A stretch of 61,335 nucleotides of DNA, counting the filler, from an uncultured Rhodopirellula sp. (GTDB taxonomy: Bacteria > Planctomycetota > Planctomycetia > Pirellulales > Pirellulaceae), in the NCBI GenBank assembly GCA_964007735.1. It is 6 parts of 6 records of this genome, joined end to end, with 100 filler letters (N's around TTAATTAATTAA, not from the genome) between each part and the next. Parts side by side here need not be neighbours in the genome. Positions count along the whole stretch, not along the records: positions 51,843 to 61,335 come from CAXGAI010000094.1; 5 more parts are not named here. One strand, 5' to 3'. Position numbers and translations under genes: made by a program. Positions 60,243 through 61,335 of the stretch are shown in pieces. Every line of letters starts with the position of its first letter. Position 1 is the first letter of the stretch. Under the pieces are notes generated by a model that worked only from the letters and a program-made list of their open reading frames with translations, was not told the DNA's origin and searched no databases.

Positions 60243-61335
60243 CGTTGGCGTTTAAGGACGAGATCGTCTGCGGGAGGATTCCCATCGCGAGAACGCCCCT
60301 GATCGTCCTGGCGATTTATACCGAAGCTATACAGTAAGTAACCATTGGTTGTCTTTTTGTAGGTAAGGCCTTTTTCGTTGAATCGATCTTCAGGTATTTC
60401 TTTTAGACTCTGTCCGGTCAAATCGCTTAGTTTTGAGGGATAGGATTCGTTTTTCAGGTAGTGTAGTTCTAAAGCCATTCCCAACTGGCTGATCTCATTT
60501 TCCATTAAGTACCGATTTTCGGCGTCGTCGATTTTGCTAAATGCAGGGAGCAGTAGCGAAATCAAGATGTTAGCCACTTGATCGCTAGTGATTTCGGGAA
60601 GTGACTTGCCGCTTAGAAGGATTTCTTTTGCCAGACTTATTGGGTCGCTGGATTGTTTTCGAATCGCTTCGAGCCGTTTTGCGAGTTCAGTGTGTTCTTT
60701 GGTTCGTTCGGTAATGTCTTCAATAGTTCCGACCCGATAGATTTCGTCGTACCAATAATTACCTTTGGTCAGAACATGATCCCAATCAACGATCTTTGAG
60801 GAGATTGTATTCCGAAGGTTTTTAGTGAAAGAGTTGGATGTGTTTCCGGTGGAAAGATCTAGTGTAGAAGCCCCATTCTTAGCAACATGAATCGTTGCGT
60901 CGAGAAACATATAACGCTCGGCTAAATTGACTTTCTCTATCATGGGTGGCATTGAGGGTAGGGAACGCAACTGAGTCAGATGAGTCTTAAGTTGTTTTTC
61001 ATTAAGACGATCGGTGGCGAGGATGTGTCGATCTATCGAAGACGCGATACTACCGATGGCTATCCCAACGAGTCCTTCGATGACGGTACCACCCCGCGCA
61101 GTAAGTCTCCCTAAGCGATGCGTGGCAATGCTGCTGCGCATGGCCGCGTCGATATCCCCCTGCCCAAGATGGTAATGGGCGTCAATCGATAACGTGCGCG
61201 CCGCCTCACGAGCTTGCAGGGCACCGGGGAGAAGGACGGAGATTAAAACAGGAGGAGCATGGTCCCTGTCTCCGTCACCAGTGTCAAGAGGTACTAAATA
61301 GGGATGGTAATATTGGTCGTGGGTCGTTGTAAGCT
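60239..61335 (-). CDS. Hypothetical planctomycete helical protein with pseudopilin-like C-terminus; 5' end probably outside the window
   Basis: The frame stays open upstream of 61141 (...LISVLLPGALQAREAARTL...). C-terminal AL..Y....YP..L..L.....P.D.F...Y.LYS.G....D..G. Confidence 0.7.
   Translation of the reverse strand, partial: LTTTHDQYYHPYLVPLDTGDGDRDHAPPVLISVLLPGALQAREAARTLSIDAHYHLGQGDIDAAMRSSIATHRLGRLTARGGTVIEGLVGIAIGSIASSIDRHILATDRLNEKQLKTHLTQLRSLPSMPPMIEKVNLAERYMFLDATIHVAKNGASTLDLSTGNTSNSFTKNLRNTISSKIVDWDHVLTKGNYWYDEIYRVGTIEDITERTKEHTELAKRLEAIRKQSSDPISLAKEILLSGKSLPEITSDQVANILISLLLPAFSKIDDAENRYLMENEISQLGMALELHYLKNESYPSKLSDLTGQSLKEIPEDRFNEKGLTYKKTTNGYLLYSFGINRQDDQGRSRDGNPPADDLVLKRQR

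Overview
This window is not one continuous locus. It holds six contig fragments of a bacterial draft genome, most likely a planctomycete (Pirellula-like): it has an LEPRxLL signal-peptide protein, sulfatases, DUF1080, large beta-propeller and heme-c proteins, and a planctomycete-type RpoZ. The fragments are joined by artificial 100-nt linkers (N44-TTAATTAATTAA-N44). Fragment 1 is housekeeping (coaB, coaC, rpoZ, gmk, yicC, secG, tpiA, aroF, pheA, dnaK, rpsA). Fragment 2 is an accessory run of co-oriented cargo genes (two sulfatases, CE7 esterase, GNAT) ending at tRNA-Leu(CAG). Fragments 3-5 carry a tripartite tricarboxylate transporter, two more tRNAs, proteases and large exported proteins. Fragment 6 is a pyrimidine nucleoside salvage cluster. 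Four signals stand out. (i) A sulfatase is bracketed by a 95-bp ungapped, about 79% identical direct repeat made of the tRNA-Leu promoter plus the tRNA 5' half, with a possible older relic upstream; this suggests a cassette array growing at the 5' side of the tRNA. (ii) An in-frame MoxR::HipA chimera is joined at an LADEI motif near a contig end, either an artefact or a recombination scar. (iii) Near-identical sigma-54 promoters precede dnaK and an uncharacterised DUF6009-like gene. (iv) An amidase sits inside the nucleoside salvage cluster. Family names are from motif recognition only; no database searches were run.
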